A stretch of 64,000 bases of DNA from Octopus vulgaris (GCA_951406725.2 OX597816.1:177072001-177136000); one strand, 5' to 3'; positions 39,448 to 53,236 are shown, counted from the first letter of the stretch. Numbers and translations: made by a program. Notes: generated by a model not told the origin, from the sequence alone.

Positions 39448-39849
39448 TAGGCACAGGAGTGGCTGTGTGGTAAATAACTTGTTTACCAACCACATGGTTC
39501 TGGGTTCAATCCCACTGCGTGGCACCTTGGGCAAATGTCTTCTACTATAGCCTCGGGCCGACCAAAGCCTTGTGAGTGGATTTAGTAGACGGAAACTGAA
39601 AAAGAAGCCCATTGTATATACGTATATATATATATATGTGTGTGTGTGTTTGTGTGTCTGTATTTGTCCCCTTAGCATTGCTTGACAACCGATGCTGGTG
39701 TGTTTATGTCCCCGTTACTTAGCGGTTCAGCAAAAGAGACCGATAGAATAAGTACTGGGCTTACAAAAGAATAAGTCCCAGGGTCGAGTTGCTCGATTAA
39801 AAGCAGTGCTCCAGCATGGCTGCAGTCAAATGACTGAAACAAGTAAAAA

Positions 39850-39850
<1 letters not shown>
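39448..39850 (+). mobile_element. SINE group Y
   Basis: Full body. Confidence 0.93.
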
Positions 39851-39914
<64 letters not shown>

Positions 39915-40087
39915 AATATATATATATATATAGACAAATTCTGTAATGTTGAAAATAAGATTTGAATGTCTTTATCCCTGATTATCATCAGTTAATATGT
40001 GAATAAATTTTTTCTATTCACAAGAAGTCAATATGGAAAACATTTCAAAGTTCTGAGTGCTGCATATGAATAGAAACACCTGTAATA

Positions 40088-40310
40088 TTGGTTTCAAATT
40101 TTAACACAATGCCAGCAACTTCAGGGGAGGGGGTTTATATAATTTGTTTATATCGTCCTCAGTGTTCAACTGGTACTTATTTATCAATCCCGAGAGGGAT
40201 GAAAGCCAAAGTCGGCTTCAATGGAATTTGAACTAAGCAGTACAGATGGGCAAAATGCCACTAAGCATTTTGCTTGGTGTGCCGCCAACAATTCTACCAG
40301 CTCACTGTCT
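40088..40310 (-). mobile_element. Older SINE group X (alternative tail)
   Basis: Collinear with 54511-54726. Confidence 0.75.
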
Positions 40311-40427
40311 TAGAGACATTAGTAATATTCCAAATCAAATATATTAATTTCTTGAAACTCTCTCTCTCTCTCTCTCTCTCTCACTCACACACACAACATC
40401 CATCCACCCACACAGATATATAAATTA

Positions 40428-40825
40428 CTAGCAGTATCGCCCGGCGTTGCTCGGGTTTGTAAGGGAAATAACTATATAAGCATTTTTAGAGAGTTATAGC
40501 CAAAAAATAGCAAAAAAATGCATCAAAAATGGAAAAAAAATTATGGTAAATTTTTTAAAAAATCGTTGACACATCGTAGATATTTTTAGAGAGTTACTTC
40601 CCTTATATAATAGCAAAAAAATGCATTAAAATGGAAAAAAATGATGGTAAATTTTTTTTTAAATCGTAGACTCATCATAGATGTGCGCTAATTAACAGAA
40701 GGTCTCAATATGAATCACGACTATAAGATACCCGGTTTTGGTTAAACTGCACTGCAAAATGTGGGAGTAGTTAGGAATCTAAATCGTAGAAGACAGACAC
40801 ACAACCTCACTTTCATATATAAAGA
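40428..40825 (-). mobile_element. Non-autonomous Helitron, two-unit form
   Basis: A|CTAG, hairpin, GA|T. Confidence 0.9.
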
Positions 40826-41033
40826 TGTGGAAGAAACATTACATATATAATAACAGCATGTATGTGTGTAAGGTGGGTAAAGTAGAAAGCAACTGTGGAA
40901 GGGAAAGACAAAGACAGAGGCATAAGTGGTAAAAGCTGAACTCAGGATTTGAGCTTTGTGCAAAAGACGATGAAAGAACATGTAGCAAGATGGCCAGGAC
41001 CCAGCCAACCAAAGCTGGAAGTTGTATAGAGAA

Positions 41034-41405
41034 CTAGCAGTATCACCCGGCGTTGCTCGGGTTTGTAAGGGAAATAACTATAAAGCATTTTTAGAGAGTT
41101 ATAGCCAAAAAATGGAAAAAAAATTATGGTAAATTTTTTTTTTAGTTAAAAAGGTCGAGTTGCGTCCCCTAGACAGTCTGTGGCTTGTGTTTCTGATTCT
41201 CGTCCCCATGTCGAATTTATCGATTTTTTTCAGAACTGGGGGAACTTTTCAAAATTTTCGCTGCGTTAGTTTTGAATTATGACATTGGGCTATGTGTGAG
41301 TCAAGTTTCATCAGAATCGGTTGAAAGCCGTGGTCAGGGTGAGGGTACAACCTGACAGACACACAGAAACACGCACAGACAAACTGCCGTTTATATAGAG
41401 AGAGA
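41034..41405 (-). mobile_element. Chimeric Helitron: shared 3' end, unrelated 5' two-thirds
   Basis: Minus strand starts A|TCTCTCTCTATATAAACGGCAG; about 41034-41143 matches the other copies; ends hairpin plus CTAG|T. Confidence 0.85.
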
Positions 41406-41450
41406 TAAGTATTCACACATTCAAATATACTGAATGTATTCAGTTACATG

Positions 41451-41632
41451 TGGAGGTGCATGGCTTGTAGTTAGGGTGTTGCACTTATGATTGTAAAACT
41501 ATGCTTATGATTCTTGGACCCAGTAATGTGCTCTAATCTGAGCAAAACACTTCATATCATGTTGCTCCAGTCCACTCAGCTGATGAAAATGAGTAATCCT
41601 GCAATGGGTCAGTGTCTTCCTGTTCAAGGGGT
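41451..41632 (+). mobile_element. Old tRNA-headed SINE with Meta/CORE-like central domain
   Basis: GAGCAAAACACTT..GCTCCAGTCCACTCAGCTG..AATGAGTA; second copy about 52615-52785; domain name from memory. Confidence 0.6.
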
Positions 41633-42057
41633 GGCGAAAAATATATGCCACAGAATTTGGGAAATCAGCCTTAAGAACCCTTGACCCTTTTTTTTTTATT
41701 CAGTTACATTAATGCTAATATAATAATTATCAGCTAAAAGTTAATTTACTACACACACACACACACATATTTATATATATATGTATATGTACAGTGGGTT
41801 TTAGAGTCCGTATAAGTAGGGTATATCTTATGTGTTGCAATTATACCTGCATTCACACATAGGTCATTTAAACAAACACAAATACTTATACTTAAACTGA
41901 ATATGTCACACTTGAGTCATGAGAAAGGAATTCAGTTTAAATAAATTGTATACTCATCAACATGAATTGCGTATTCATATCATGATTCCTTGAGAAAGGC
42001 AACAGTTGAATATATTTTATACTATGTGTGTGTGTGTGTGTGCGTGTATGTATTTAC

Positions 42058-42108
42058 ATTATCACTTTTCCATGTAGTTCTCAGATTTGATAGAAATGAC
42101 GAGTACTT
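42058..42108 (-). other. Candidate 51-nt in-frame exon
   Basis: TTTCTTCAGTTTTACAG| KYSSFLSNLRTTWKSDN |GTAAAT; no recognisable homology. Confidence 0.15.
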
Positions 42109-42899
42109 CTGTAAAACTGAAGAAATTAATATAATAATCACTAAATATTATTTTGCATTAAATCCTTTAATGCATGTCTAGTCTGTTTAATCTTTGGATT
42201 AAGATAGCCAATATAATGTCTATACATGTATGCATGTATGTGTGTATGTATTTGGGTAAAGAAACAGGGGAAACGATACTCAAAAAATGTAGCAGAGTTT
42301 ATCTGTTAGTTTCAAGGTCAATGATTGACCTCAACACAACTTAGAGTTTCTTAACATGTGCAAGTCCTTCAGAAGATCTTTTTGTCACCTGATGGATCAT
42401 ATCTGGAAAGAAACTCCAAGTAGCAGTGTACATCAATCGCCAACTTCAAGCACACACACACACACATCTCTGTATTTCTTATTACTCTATATTATATACT
42501 TATTTATCTGACTTGAAGGCAGACCTACCATTCTGCTTCTGCTATGTTTTCACCAATGTCATTTAAACCTTGGTTCATTCAAACAGAAATTTGTTGAAAG
42601 GGTTTAGAAAATCAATTGCAATCCATACAGAATCATAATTTTTTTTTTTTGAAAGCCCTTTCAAGAATTGTAATATTTTCCTCCAAGTAATATATCTAAG
42701 AACAAAAATGATAATTAGCAGGTGAAGCTCTTTGATTCTGTTAACCAAAGGTAAAACACAAAGATGTCATTGACTAGAACATTCTAATTTTTAGCCTGTT
42801 TCCAGAACTGAATCAAAGAATAAGACAATTTCTAAGGATAAGGGTGGTGGATTAGAAGAACTTTTAAGGAAAGGACTTTAATTCAACATTCAACTTGTA

Positions 42900-44194
42900 C
42901 AGGGTGGGGCAGAGAGGACGGATGTTTTTGAAAAGGCCCCAGTGGGAAGGACAAATGTCTGACAAGTACCATGCACTCCATGGTGGCTTAGCATTTTCTT
43001 TTTTCAAGTGAAGCCATGATGCTGTGGATGATAGAGCATCGTATGTTTGCCTCTGACAGTTACATGAAGAATAATGAGTCTGTCACAGAAGTTCCGCATG
43101 AGTTTCGTTGCCACTTCGACATTCACCGAAATTAGGCTGTTCCCACCCTTAACACAATCTTATATTGGGTGAATGCACTTCATACATGTGGTACACTAAT
43201 GAATAGGAGACTGGTGGGGGCACCACAAATGGTAGAGATCCTGGAAAATGTGGAATGTGTGAGACAAGCTGAATTGCTCTGCTCAGAGGCATTCCACTGA
43301 ACTTTCATTGGTAATCGATCGGTAAGTCTTATTTTGCATGAAATCATGCATTTCCACCAATACAAATTGGGTAGCAGTTGAAACCATGGGACTATGCACA
43401 GTGGTTTAACTTGGCATGTCAGATGGAAGCAATTTTTGAGGCAAATGACAACCTCATTTTGATAATGAGTGATGAGACTCATTTTCATCTCCATGGCATG
43501 GGGAACCAACAGAACTACTGTTATTGGGCTCTTGAGAATCTGAGAGAACTGCACGAAAACCACTGCACAGCCCAAAAGTGATGATCTGGTGTGCTGTTGG
43601 AAAAGCTGCTGCCATTGGTCCTTACTTTTTTGAAGACAATAATGGAAATGCTGTTACTCCAAGTGTTACATCGAGATGGTAAACAACTTCTTTGTGCCTG
43701 AATCACGATGAAAATGTATGCCTATTCAATGTCTGTGGTCTCAACAGGATGGAGCAATGGCCCACATAGCTAGAGCACCAATGGATGTTCTTCACCCTCT
43801 TTTCAGTGACTGCTTCATTTCCAGGTTTACTGACATTCCTTGACCCTCTCAGTCCCCTGACTTGTCCATGTGTGATTATTTCTTGTAGGGAAACCTCAAG
43901 GCATGTGCATATACACATAAGCCCCAGACATTGGATGATTTGAAAAAAGCTATTTGCGTGGAAGTTGCCCAAATCGACAGAGCACTGCTGGAAAGAGTGG
44001 AGGCTAACTTCTAAGAATGCCTTCAGAAATGCATCAATGAAAACGGACACCACATGATGGATGTTGTTTCCCACACTTGATTTTAACAAATGCTAATTTA
44101 ATACATACACACTGATGTCAATAATATTTGTTTGTAGCTAAAATTAATGATTTTTTGAATTTTTCAAAAAGTCCATCCTCTCTGCCCCACCCTA
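42900..44194 (+). mobile_element. Tc1/mariner DD41D (rosa/Visitor-type) element, decayed
   Basis: TA|CAGGGTGGGGCAGAGAGGA TIR and its complement at 44161-44193; ~1.3 kb. Confidence 0.9.
43016..44080 (+). pseudogene. DD41D transposase pseudogene
   Basis: N-terminal HTH-like region, MSDETHFHL, QQDGAMAH, SPDLSMCDYFL with 41 codons between second and third Asp; several stops and frameshifts. Confidence 0.9.
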
Positions 44195-44507
44195 AATTTA
44201 GTTTCTATCACAAAAACAAAGCTGACAACCAAACTATTTTTGTTGCAAGCAAAATCTTTTTAATAAAGTTAGGTTTTCTGCTCCAAGAAAATATTTCATC
44301 TTAGTCAAAAAATATTTATTTCTAACATAGTCAATTGATACTTATTTTAACAAATGTGGAAGGATAAAAGAATCAAGGGTTATGAAGTCAGAAGGAAAAG
44401 GTAGATGAGTAAAATATTTCAAGGCATTTTCTCTCTCATCCGATTGATTAAGCTAATCCACTGTCCTTTATAGTGTTTCTCAAATATATTGCTAGCTATA
44501 ACATATA

Positions 44508-44902
44508 TCTTTATATATAAAAGAGGTTGTGTGTCTGTCTCCTACGATTTAGATTCCTAGCTACTCCCACATTTTGCGGTGCAGTTTAACCAAAACCGGG
44601 TATCTTATAGTCGTGATTCATATCGAGCCCTTCTGGGTATTAGTGCGCGTCTACGATGAGTCTACGATTTAAAAAAAAATTTACCATCATTTTTTTCCAT
44701 TTTAATGCATTTTTTCGCTATTATATAAGGGAAGTAACTCTCTAAAAATGTCTACGATGAGTTAACGATTTTTTAAAAAAATGACCATAATTTTTTTCCA
44801 TTTTTAATGCATTTTTTTGCTATTTTTTGGCTATAACTCTCTAAAAATGCTTATATAGTTATTTCCCTTACAAACCCGAGCAACGCCGGGCGATACTGCT
44901 AG
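44508..44902 (+). mobile_element. Non-autonomous Helitron, two-unit form
   Basis: A|TC, hairpin, CTAG|T. Confidence 0.9.
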
Positions 44903-44939
44903 TATGTTATAAACTATGAAGGTATACACAACATAAACA

Positions 44940-45283
44940 TGGATGCTGAGTGTTAGAGAGGCAGTGGCAAGTGACAGGGACTTCTGGTGAATTGCTGTGC
45001 TTGAGAAGACACATCAAGCTGAGAGAAAACCTGGTGATGGCCAGTGTTGCTGATACGTAAATAGCACCCATGTCAGTGACACGTAAAAGGTACCCATGCT
45101 GGTGACACGTAGAAGGCACACATGGCAGTGATACATAAAAGGTACTTGTGCATTGGAAAGAACATCCAGCTATGAAAACCAAACCAAAATAAACTGAATT
45201 TCTGGCTTAGCATCTCTAGTTGAGCTGTTTAACCCATGCCAGAATGGAAAAAGGATGTTAAGTGATGACGATAATGAGGATGA
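44940..45283 (+). mobile_element. Decayed RTE 3' end
   Basis: GTGCTTGAGAAGAC, repeated CACGTAAAA units, AACCCATGCCAG, (GAT)n-like tail. Confidence 0.7.
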
Positions 45284-45783
45284 GAAACACGTCTATGTTA
45301 TATTCATATCACCATAACTATGGTATCAGTTGTATCCACCTCTAAGAAGCAAAATTATCATAGATACCGTCCCTTATCTTACAACTAACTAAAAATGTAA
45401 AATCTATCCTCTGGCTGACTTATTATGGATTAAAACACATCTTAGGTTGAAAGCTTTTGTAATCTTGGACAAAAAACATGACACAGAAAGGATAATCACA
45501 ACATTTATAAAAATGTAATTTCTTCACCAGATTTAAAAGTTGTGTGTTTTTGTTAGTAGTTTACTGGTATAGATTATTTTTATAAGCTTTTTGGCAATTT
45601 ACATATATTAGTGTTGACCCAGACATGACTGGCAGATATTCGGCAATTCAAAATCAATAATAAAGTAATTTACCAATCAACTAACAAATTTTCTGATTAA
45701 AATCTAAAAGAGATCAGTGTTGAGGATTTTTTGCTATAAATCTACTTAAACAAACACTAGAAGGTTATCTAGAAACATTAAAC

Positions 45784-48031
45784 TGCTCTTCACCACAACT
45801 CCTGAAGTGGTTATCAATTGCACTACGGAGGAACCTCTAGGTGACTCTGATCATGCTATGATCATCGCCAATCTGGCTCTTGCGGGCAACAAAAACCTGA
45901 ACCATCTCCAATCTGTTTCCTTCGATTGGAAGAGAGCAGATTGGAACCTGTACCATACTGAACTACAGCACCCAAACTGGCGTGAATTCTACAACTCTGG
46001 AGATGTGAATACTATACTCCAGAGTATCCTGGACTCAATATGGGCAGCATGTGCAGCATCAGTGCCACGTAAACAGAAAAAGAAGAACCGCCCCAAAAGG
46101 GCAATTTGGGAAACTTCAGCGGTCCGACTTGCCAGGAAGGAACGTCGGACTGCTGAACAGGAATACAAGTTGCATAAATATATCTTCCGACCATCTCAAG
46201 CAAGTGAAAAAAAAAGCAGTGCTTGAATTTGAACAGTGCATAGCAGCCAATCCTGATAGCAAGGTTTTCTGGAAATATGTGCATTCAAAGCAGAGACCTC
46301 ACTCTCCAGTGGGCCCTCTTTGCAACCCTCACACAAACCAGATCACTGACGACCCCAAGGAATGCGCAGAACTCATTGCCGAGTGCTATGCAAACATATT
46401 CACTGTTGAAAGTCAAAATGTACCATCTTCACCATCACTAACAGCAAATTCCATAACAACTATGGAATTTACACCTGCATTGCTGCGACATCACCTTCAA
46501 AATAAGTGCAACTATGCCTCCCCTGGTCTTGATGGAGTTACATACCTGCTTCTCAAACGTGGCAGGTACTTCCTTTTACACCAGCTTTCTATTTTCTTCC
46601 AGTACTGTCTCAACAATGGTGCTACTCCGGAGCAGTGGAAAACTGCCAGTGTCATTCCTCTGTTCAAAAAGGGCGACCGCACATCACCTGTCAACTATCG
46701 CCCAGTCAGTCTCACTAGCTGTATTGCAAAACTGATGGAATCGTGTGTCAGAGAAACACTTTGGAACTTCTGGAGCTCTCACAGTCTCATCCGACCCTCA
46801 CAATATGGATTTGTCCCTAACTCCAGCTGCAGTGATCAGCTTGTCGAGTTCCTTGAGGACATAACTCAAATCACTGACAGTGGCTCATGGGTGGATGTTG
46901 TCTACCTTGACTTTGCTAAGGCTTTTAATTCTGTGCCACACAAAAGGCTTATGGTGAAACTCTCTGCAATGGGTGTGAGGGATGACCTTTTTAACTGGTT
47001 GAAATCCTTCATTCTCAGCCGAAAGGAGGTAGTCACAGTTCTAGGACAGTATTCTACACCATATGAGATGTCATCGGGTGTACCACAGGGATCTGTCCTT
47101 GGTCCCCTCTTGTTTGTGGCATACATTAATGACATAGATGCCAATTTAAAGAATGCCACAGTATTGAACTAGGCAGACGACATCAAGCTGTACCTTGAAA
47201 TCAAGAGGACAGATCCTGATGTCTACAACTCTTTCCTGCAATCAGACCTAGACACAATGCAGTAATGGATCACAGACTGGCAACTGAAACTGGCTGTGGA
47301 CAAGTGTACCACCATGCATTTTGGGAGAAAAAACCCTGCGTCCACATACTTCCTCCACAACACTGATATCAAGAAATCCTCTTGCGAGCGTAACCTAGGC
47401 ATCACTGTCAGCAGTGATTTGCGTTGGACAAAGCATATCTCTAAAATTGTCAAGAAGGCCGAGGGTGTCTTGGCATCACTCTACAAGACTTTTGTTAGCC
47501 GCTCTCCAGCCATCTATTTAAAACTGTATACAGCTATGGTACGACCACACTTGGAATTCGCATCATCAGTTTGGAAACCCTATCTTGCTCAGAACATTGA
47601 CCTCCTGGAATCTGTCCAGAGACGTGCAACCAAACGCATACCCTCCATCAGACACCTACCATATTCTGAGCGCCTTGTTTCCCTGGGCATGGATTCACTG
47701 AAGCTCCGGCGTCTGGCGACGGACTTGGTAAACACCCACAAGGTTATCAACCACCTCACCAACAACAACACTGAACACCTTTTTGATCTCCATGTGTCTA
47801 ACACATGTGGACATGCCTACAAAGTCAGAAAACAGCACAGCTCCCATGACTTTCGGAAACATTTTTTCACGCTCAGAGTTGCTGAAGCATGGAACAAACT
47901 GCCTGCGTCAGTTGTTGACTGCCATGACACTGCATCCTTTAAGGCCCTCATGCTTTCCGAAATCCACCGAAACTACACCTGATTATATATACACTTTAGA
48001 TGAGTTGTAGTGCACCTGAGCACTGTACACA

Positions 48032-48076
<45 letters not shown>
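45784..48076 (+). mobile_element. 5'-truncated CR1-clade LINE
   Basis: APE end (LGDSDH), full RT, C-terminal CR1 motifs (RPHLEF..W.P, LESVQRRATK, FFTLRV..WNKLP), (ATT)n tail, possible TSD TTAAAC at 45778-45783 and 48077-48082. Confidence 0.95.
45786..47982 (+). pseudogene. LINE ORF2 (endonuclease-reverse transcriptase) pseudogene
   Basis: NYRPVSLTS, QYGF, YLDFAKAF, GVPQGSVLGP; YADD reads *ADD (TAG 47170-47172); frameshift near 46190 and a further stop near 47263. Confidence 0.93.
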
Positions 48077-48436
48077 TTAAACAGAGGTATGAAGGACATT
48101 TATACTTAGGACTACAAATAAATGCTTCTGTTTGTTTATAAAAAAAAAATCACAATAAAGCATAACTTGCTGATTCTCATGACATTACTGATCATGTGGT
48201 CTTCTATGCCACCCCAATGTACAGTCCCCAGTGTACATGTGGAAATGCACCAATGAGGAATAAGGATGGTTTACATCTCTTCATAGAGAAGAAAATAACA
48301 TGAAGCACTCAAATAACATTTTAGTAAGTTTTTAAACTATCTCTTAAATTCTCCTGAATCTCTTGACTGTATTCCATAAATTTCGGAAGGTATCAGTTTG
48401 GATTGACTATCCAAAATGCAGGAGCTAGTAACTGTC

Positions 48437-48760
48437 ATCCTATGGAAGGGGTAGACCCAGGAAGATGTGGGGTGAAGTAATGAGAAAGGATCTTCAGATG
48501 CTGGGCCTCACTGAAGAGATGACAAAGGACTGGGACCTGTGGCAATTTTCTGTACCTGAGAAGACGTGTCAAGCTAAGTAAAATGCATCCAAAAAGACTC
48601 TGTAAAGTGGTTGGCATGTTAGGAAGGACACTCAGCAGTAGAAAGCATGCCGAAACAGACAATTCGAGTCTGGACAGCTCCTGTTAATCTGTCCAACCCA
48701 TGCCAGCATGGAAAATGGATGTTAAATGATGAAACGATGAGGACGATGATTATGATGAAA
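48437..48760 (+). mobile_element. Decayed RTE C-terminus and 3' UTR
   Basis: GRGRPRKMW motif then the family 3' UTR and (GAT)n-like tail. Confidence 0.75.
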
Positions 48761-48859
48761 CAAAATCAGAGAAACCCCCTGGTGTCAACAGCATCTATCA
48801 CTAAAAAATGATGTGTATATATTTGTGAACATTTTTTTGCTTATGACTTAGCTCTTAGT

Positions 48860-49150
48860 GGCTCATTTCCAACACGATAGTCAGAAGATTATACACCATT
48901 TTGAAAATGTGGCATGTTTCCAACATGACAATAGATGTGGAAAAGATTGAAATCTTGAATCCAACTAAAGCCAAACAACTGGAACAGGAAATCAAACCAT
49001 CAGGATTACAAATCAGTCTTTCTCTCAGGATGGTGAAAAAGTTCACATATTTATTTAGCCAGCATGATTTCTGATGACAGCAGCCTGGATATGGAAGTGG
49101 ACCACTGCATATAGTCAGATAAAATAGAATCGAAGAAGACTAGGTGGTCT
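48860..49150 (+). mobile_element. Old RTE reverse transcriptase fragment
   Basis: KIEIL...VKKFTYL...ISDDSSLDMEV resembles the post-RT region of RTE LINEs. Confidence 0.55.
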
Positions 49151-50265
49151 CTGTTGGCAAGACTTACTGTTATTTAGAAAAAGTAACATAAAAAGTAAAG
49201 TGAAATTGTTGTGGTGAGTGGAGGATCCAACATTTCAAAGAAAGTTCTTCTGGGTTATGATGACAGACGATTAAAAAACACAGAAAGACACAATGTATGT
49301 ATGTGTGTATTTATATATAAACATATGTGTATGTGTTGTACCCATGCCTTGTGTTCTGTTTATAGTAATTTACCTTTTTTTATGTTCCATAATTTAGCAG
49401 TTTGACAAATGGATAACAATAAAATAAGAAGTGGACTTAAAAAAGAAAATAAACACTATTGTGGATTTGACCAGCTAAACCTTTGAAGGTGATACCTCTG
49501 AATGGTTGTAGTTCAATGATGGATATTAGTAATAGAATAGTTTTATTTATGAAATGTACATAGTAACAGAATAGGAAGTTTTACTTCTAAGAATAAGTAT
49601 AACAACATTTGTATCACAAAGGCTACTGGTACTTATTTATGCAACAGTTGTTTAGTGCTCCTTTCAAAAGAGCACTATAACCCATTAATTACAAAAAAGG
49701 TCCCTAGTTCAAATCCAGTCAATTTGCACACATCCAGAAATAAGACACTTGACAATGATGCTCAGAAAATAAATGAAGATTAGCAATTTAGATGTATTAT
49801 ATAAGTGATATTATTATAAGTTGTTTCCTCCCCAAAGATGAAGTTTATGGTCCGAAAAGAAAAGAAAAACAAAAGTATAATGCTATTGATAATACTGCAT
49901 CTTAAGCATTCAACATCTTAAAATATCTTATATAATTCTTTGGAATGATAATTGCTATGTACATGTATATATAGTTGTAATAAGTATGTAAATAATAAAG
50001 ACAGTTTGAAGTACAATAAAAACAGGTAGGTCAGATATATAGTTATGTATTTGGTAGGTATGACTGGTTGACACAAGTTCGTGATTTAAAATGAATTTTA
50101 AGGCCATATGCCATGCAACGAGTGCTGTATACTAAATATATTAATCATATGAGCTGGAACACAACTAGAAAGATTAAATAAGAAAATGAATTGTATAGCA
50201 TGTTTAAATTTTCAGATAAATTAAGTCAACTAAGATCAAGTATAGAATTACACACACACACACAC

Positions 50266-50760
50266 AGGATTTGATAGACAGAAACTGAAAGAAGCCTGTC
50301 ACATATATATATTTCTTTACTACCCACAAGGGGCTAAACACAGAAGGGACAAACAAGGACAGACAAAGAGATCAAGTCGATTACATCTACCCCAGAGCTT
50401 AACTGGTACTTAATTTATTGACCCCGAAAGGATGAAAGGCAAAGTCAACCTCGGCGGAATTTGAACTTGGAACGTAACGACAGACGAAATACGGCTACAC
50501 ATTTCGCCCGGCATGCTAACGTTTCTACCAGCTCGTCGCCTATCACATATATATGTGTGTGTTTGTGTTTGTCCTCTACCACTACTTGACAACTGGTACG
50601 GGTGTGTTTACATCCCCTAACTTTGCAATTCGGCAAAAGTGACAGGTAGAGTGAGTATCAAGCTTAAAAAAAACAGTTCTGGGGTCAATGCATTTGACTA
50701 AAATTCTTGAAGGTAGTGCCCCAGCATGGCCACAGTCAAATGACTGAGACAAGCAAAAGA
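50266..50760 (+). mobile_element. Older group Y SINE 3' part hosting a group X SINE
   Basis: Group Y sequence continues on both sides of the insertion. Confidence 0.8.
50311..50542 (-). mobile_element. SINE group X (Nin/Deu-like domain)
   Basis: 12-bp TSD TCACATATATAT; GCCTTTCATCCTTTCGGGGTC domain on minus strand; domain name from memory. Confidence 0.93.
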
Positions 50761-50968
50761 CAAAATAATTTTCTTTTACAGCATTATGAAAGTATGGCCT
50801 TTACAATGTGGTTGGCATGCTAACAATTATTGTTTAAAATATTTGTCATTGATATTGTTTGTTATCTGAATGTATGTAAAGGATTAAATAGAAAAATAAA
50901 CATATCGATAGACAAACCAAACCATGTATCATTATTATTAAAGGAATAAAAACTGAATTGATACTTAC

Positions 50969-51062
50969 TTTGGAGAACATTTTCATTTAGTATCATGGTT
51001 ATTGGAATATTATTTTATGATAACTATCAACTTCAGAAAGATCTCCTGGTAGTAAACATATA
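50969..51062 (-). other. Candidate 94-nt exon
   Basis: TTTCACTTCAG| acceptor and AA|GTAAGTAT donor; stops in all frames, ends ATG..MILNENVLQ. Confidence 0.2.
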
Positions 51063-51812
51063 CTGAAGTGAAATAGTATAGTCCCAAACTAATGACTTTG
51101 CATATCAAATACTAATTAGCTAGTTATTCCCAATGTGTGTGGCTAAAAAACAAAAACATTAAAAAAAAACCCCATAGATTTGTATAATCCTACTAAGTAA
51201 TCACCTTTGCTGACCTGGTAATCTTAAATAAGTTTTACATATTATGAAGGTGGTTTACTAGCTAACACTGCGAGTAATCATATATGATTTCCTGTCAGAA
51301 ATTTTAAAGATATTGAAGTGAAATAACCTGCTAAAATAAAATGCCACGTCAGATCCTTCTGTGTTTATGTATTCAGTAACAACTACAATAAGTTATGTAT
51401 ATCATTTTAAACATGCAAATGATATGAAGGTAGTTGCATGATTAGCTTTTACAGAAAATTAATACAATAGAATTTTCTTTCTAATTAATAACAACAACAA
51501 AGTCAGTAATTATAATTATTTATATAAACAAAGTAAAATATCCAGATTTCTATCTTCTTAAAATAGCTTTGTGCATAATAGTTAATAGACTGTGAAAGAC
51601 AAAAATAACTTGATACTACATATGAATGGGATCGAAGCTTTCAGAAGTTAAGCAAATTAACCTGATTCACTGCTTTTATCCTCTTCACCTTATACTCACA
51701 CACCTAACTTTCTGTGTGGTGGTGGTATCAGAGATAGTAGAATGTAGTCTTTGTCAGAATTTGAGAGATATGTGGTTCAATTCCACCAGATATATTTTAC
51801 ACACATATATAT

Positions 51813-51984
51813 AGGCGCAGGAGTGGCTGTGTGGTAAGTAGCTTGCTAACCAACCACATGGTTCCAGGTTCAGTCCCACTGCGTGGCACCTTGAGCAAGT
51901 GTCTTCTACTATAGCCTCGGGCTGACCAAAGCCTTGTGAGTGGATTTGGTAGACGGAAACTGAAAGAAGCCTGTCGTATATATG

Positions 51985-52031
<47 letters not shown>

Positions 52032-52250
52032 TTGTGTGTCTGTGTTTGTCCCCCTAGCATTTCTTGACAACCGATGCTGGTGTGTTTACGTCCCCGTCAC
52101 TTAGCAGTTCGGCAAAACAGACCGATAGAATAAGTACTAGGCTTACAAAGAATAAGTCCCAGGGTCGATCTGCTCGACTAAAGGCGGTGCTCCAGCATGG
52201 CCGCAGTCAAATGACTGAAACAAGTAAAAGAGTAAAGAGAGTAAAGAGAG
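51813..52250 (+). mobile_element. SINE group Y
   Basis: Full body and tail. Confidence 0.93.
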
Positions 52251-53232
52251 TATACTTGCTTTTCATTGTCATTGTTGTTTAACCAAAACAGAACTGACAG
52301 AGCAAACCTATGATCAAAGTCAGTCTAGCCTTGACCATCATGACTGTTTGTATGCCTAAAACTATACATTATAAAATGTACCTTTCTTTTAAGATAGTTG
52401 AGTATGATTTGAAGGAATCTAGGTACTACTTTTAGTAGCTCACATGACCATGTAGGGGCACTTCAGTTCACTTGATGTTACTCATATGTTTGGTTTGTAT
52501 ACAAACATTACTAACTTACAACCTATCATATGCTAACAGAGCTAACCTTTAAAATCAGACATCAGCTTTATACTGTATACATGGTTTATACAAGCAAATA
52601 CTTAAGTGATGTTAAGGTACTTAGCCTTGGGGTTAATGTGTTTGGCTCATGATCACAAGGACGTAGATTTAATTCCTGGACTGGGTAGCATATTTTATCT
52701 TTGAGCAAGGCACTTTATTTCATTTTATTCCAGTCCATTTTGCTACAATGAGTGCTAGCCAGCTATTGGTGGATTCCTGTCTTGAATATTCCACTGACTA
52801 ACAAGGCATCTATGATTGCTCACAAATACAGATATCTAAAGCAATTGGTGAAAGCATCATACATGTTATTTAACCATACTCAATCCCAAGTGTTAGCTGG
52901 CTGTCCTTTTTTCACTTGGAGCACGTCCACCATTTTCGGAATCCATATGATGTTCCAGTCTTTTTCAGGAGAAGTTCATTACTTGGAGATCAGGATGCAA
53001 CTAATCCATTAGCATCAGCTTCTTTAGTCAAACCTTTATTTCAATCTTCCACATAAGATATAGTAAGTTTCCACATAACAGTTCTACGTTTTACTGCTGT
53101 ACTACTTACACATGTATTCGGGCACAAAGTAACTTAAGCCTTGTCATAACTAAAGACTTTGTTTAGTATGAGTTAATACTCCCTCGGAAAGAATGATAGA
53201 CAGGCAGATGGAAACAGAGAAAGAAAAGTAGC

Positions 53233-53236
<4 letters not shown>

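Noticed and set aside
42300-42425. Short inverted repeats with CTGA..GAAAC motifs on both strands
   Set aside because: Too degenerate to fold as hammerheads; could be a PLE ghost but evidence is insufficient
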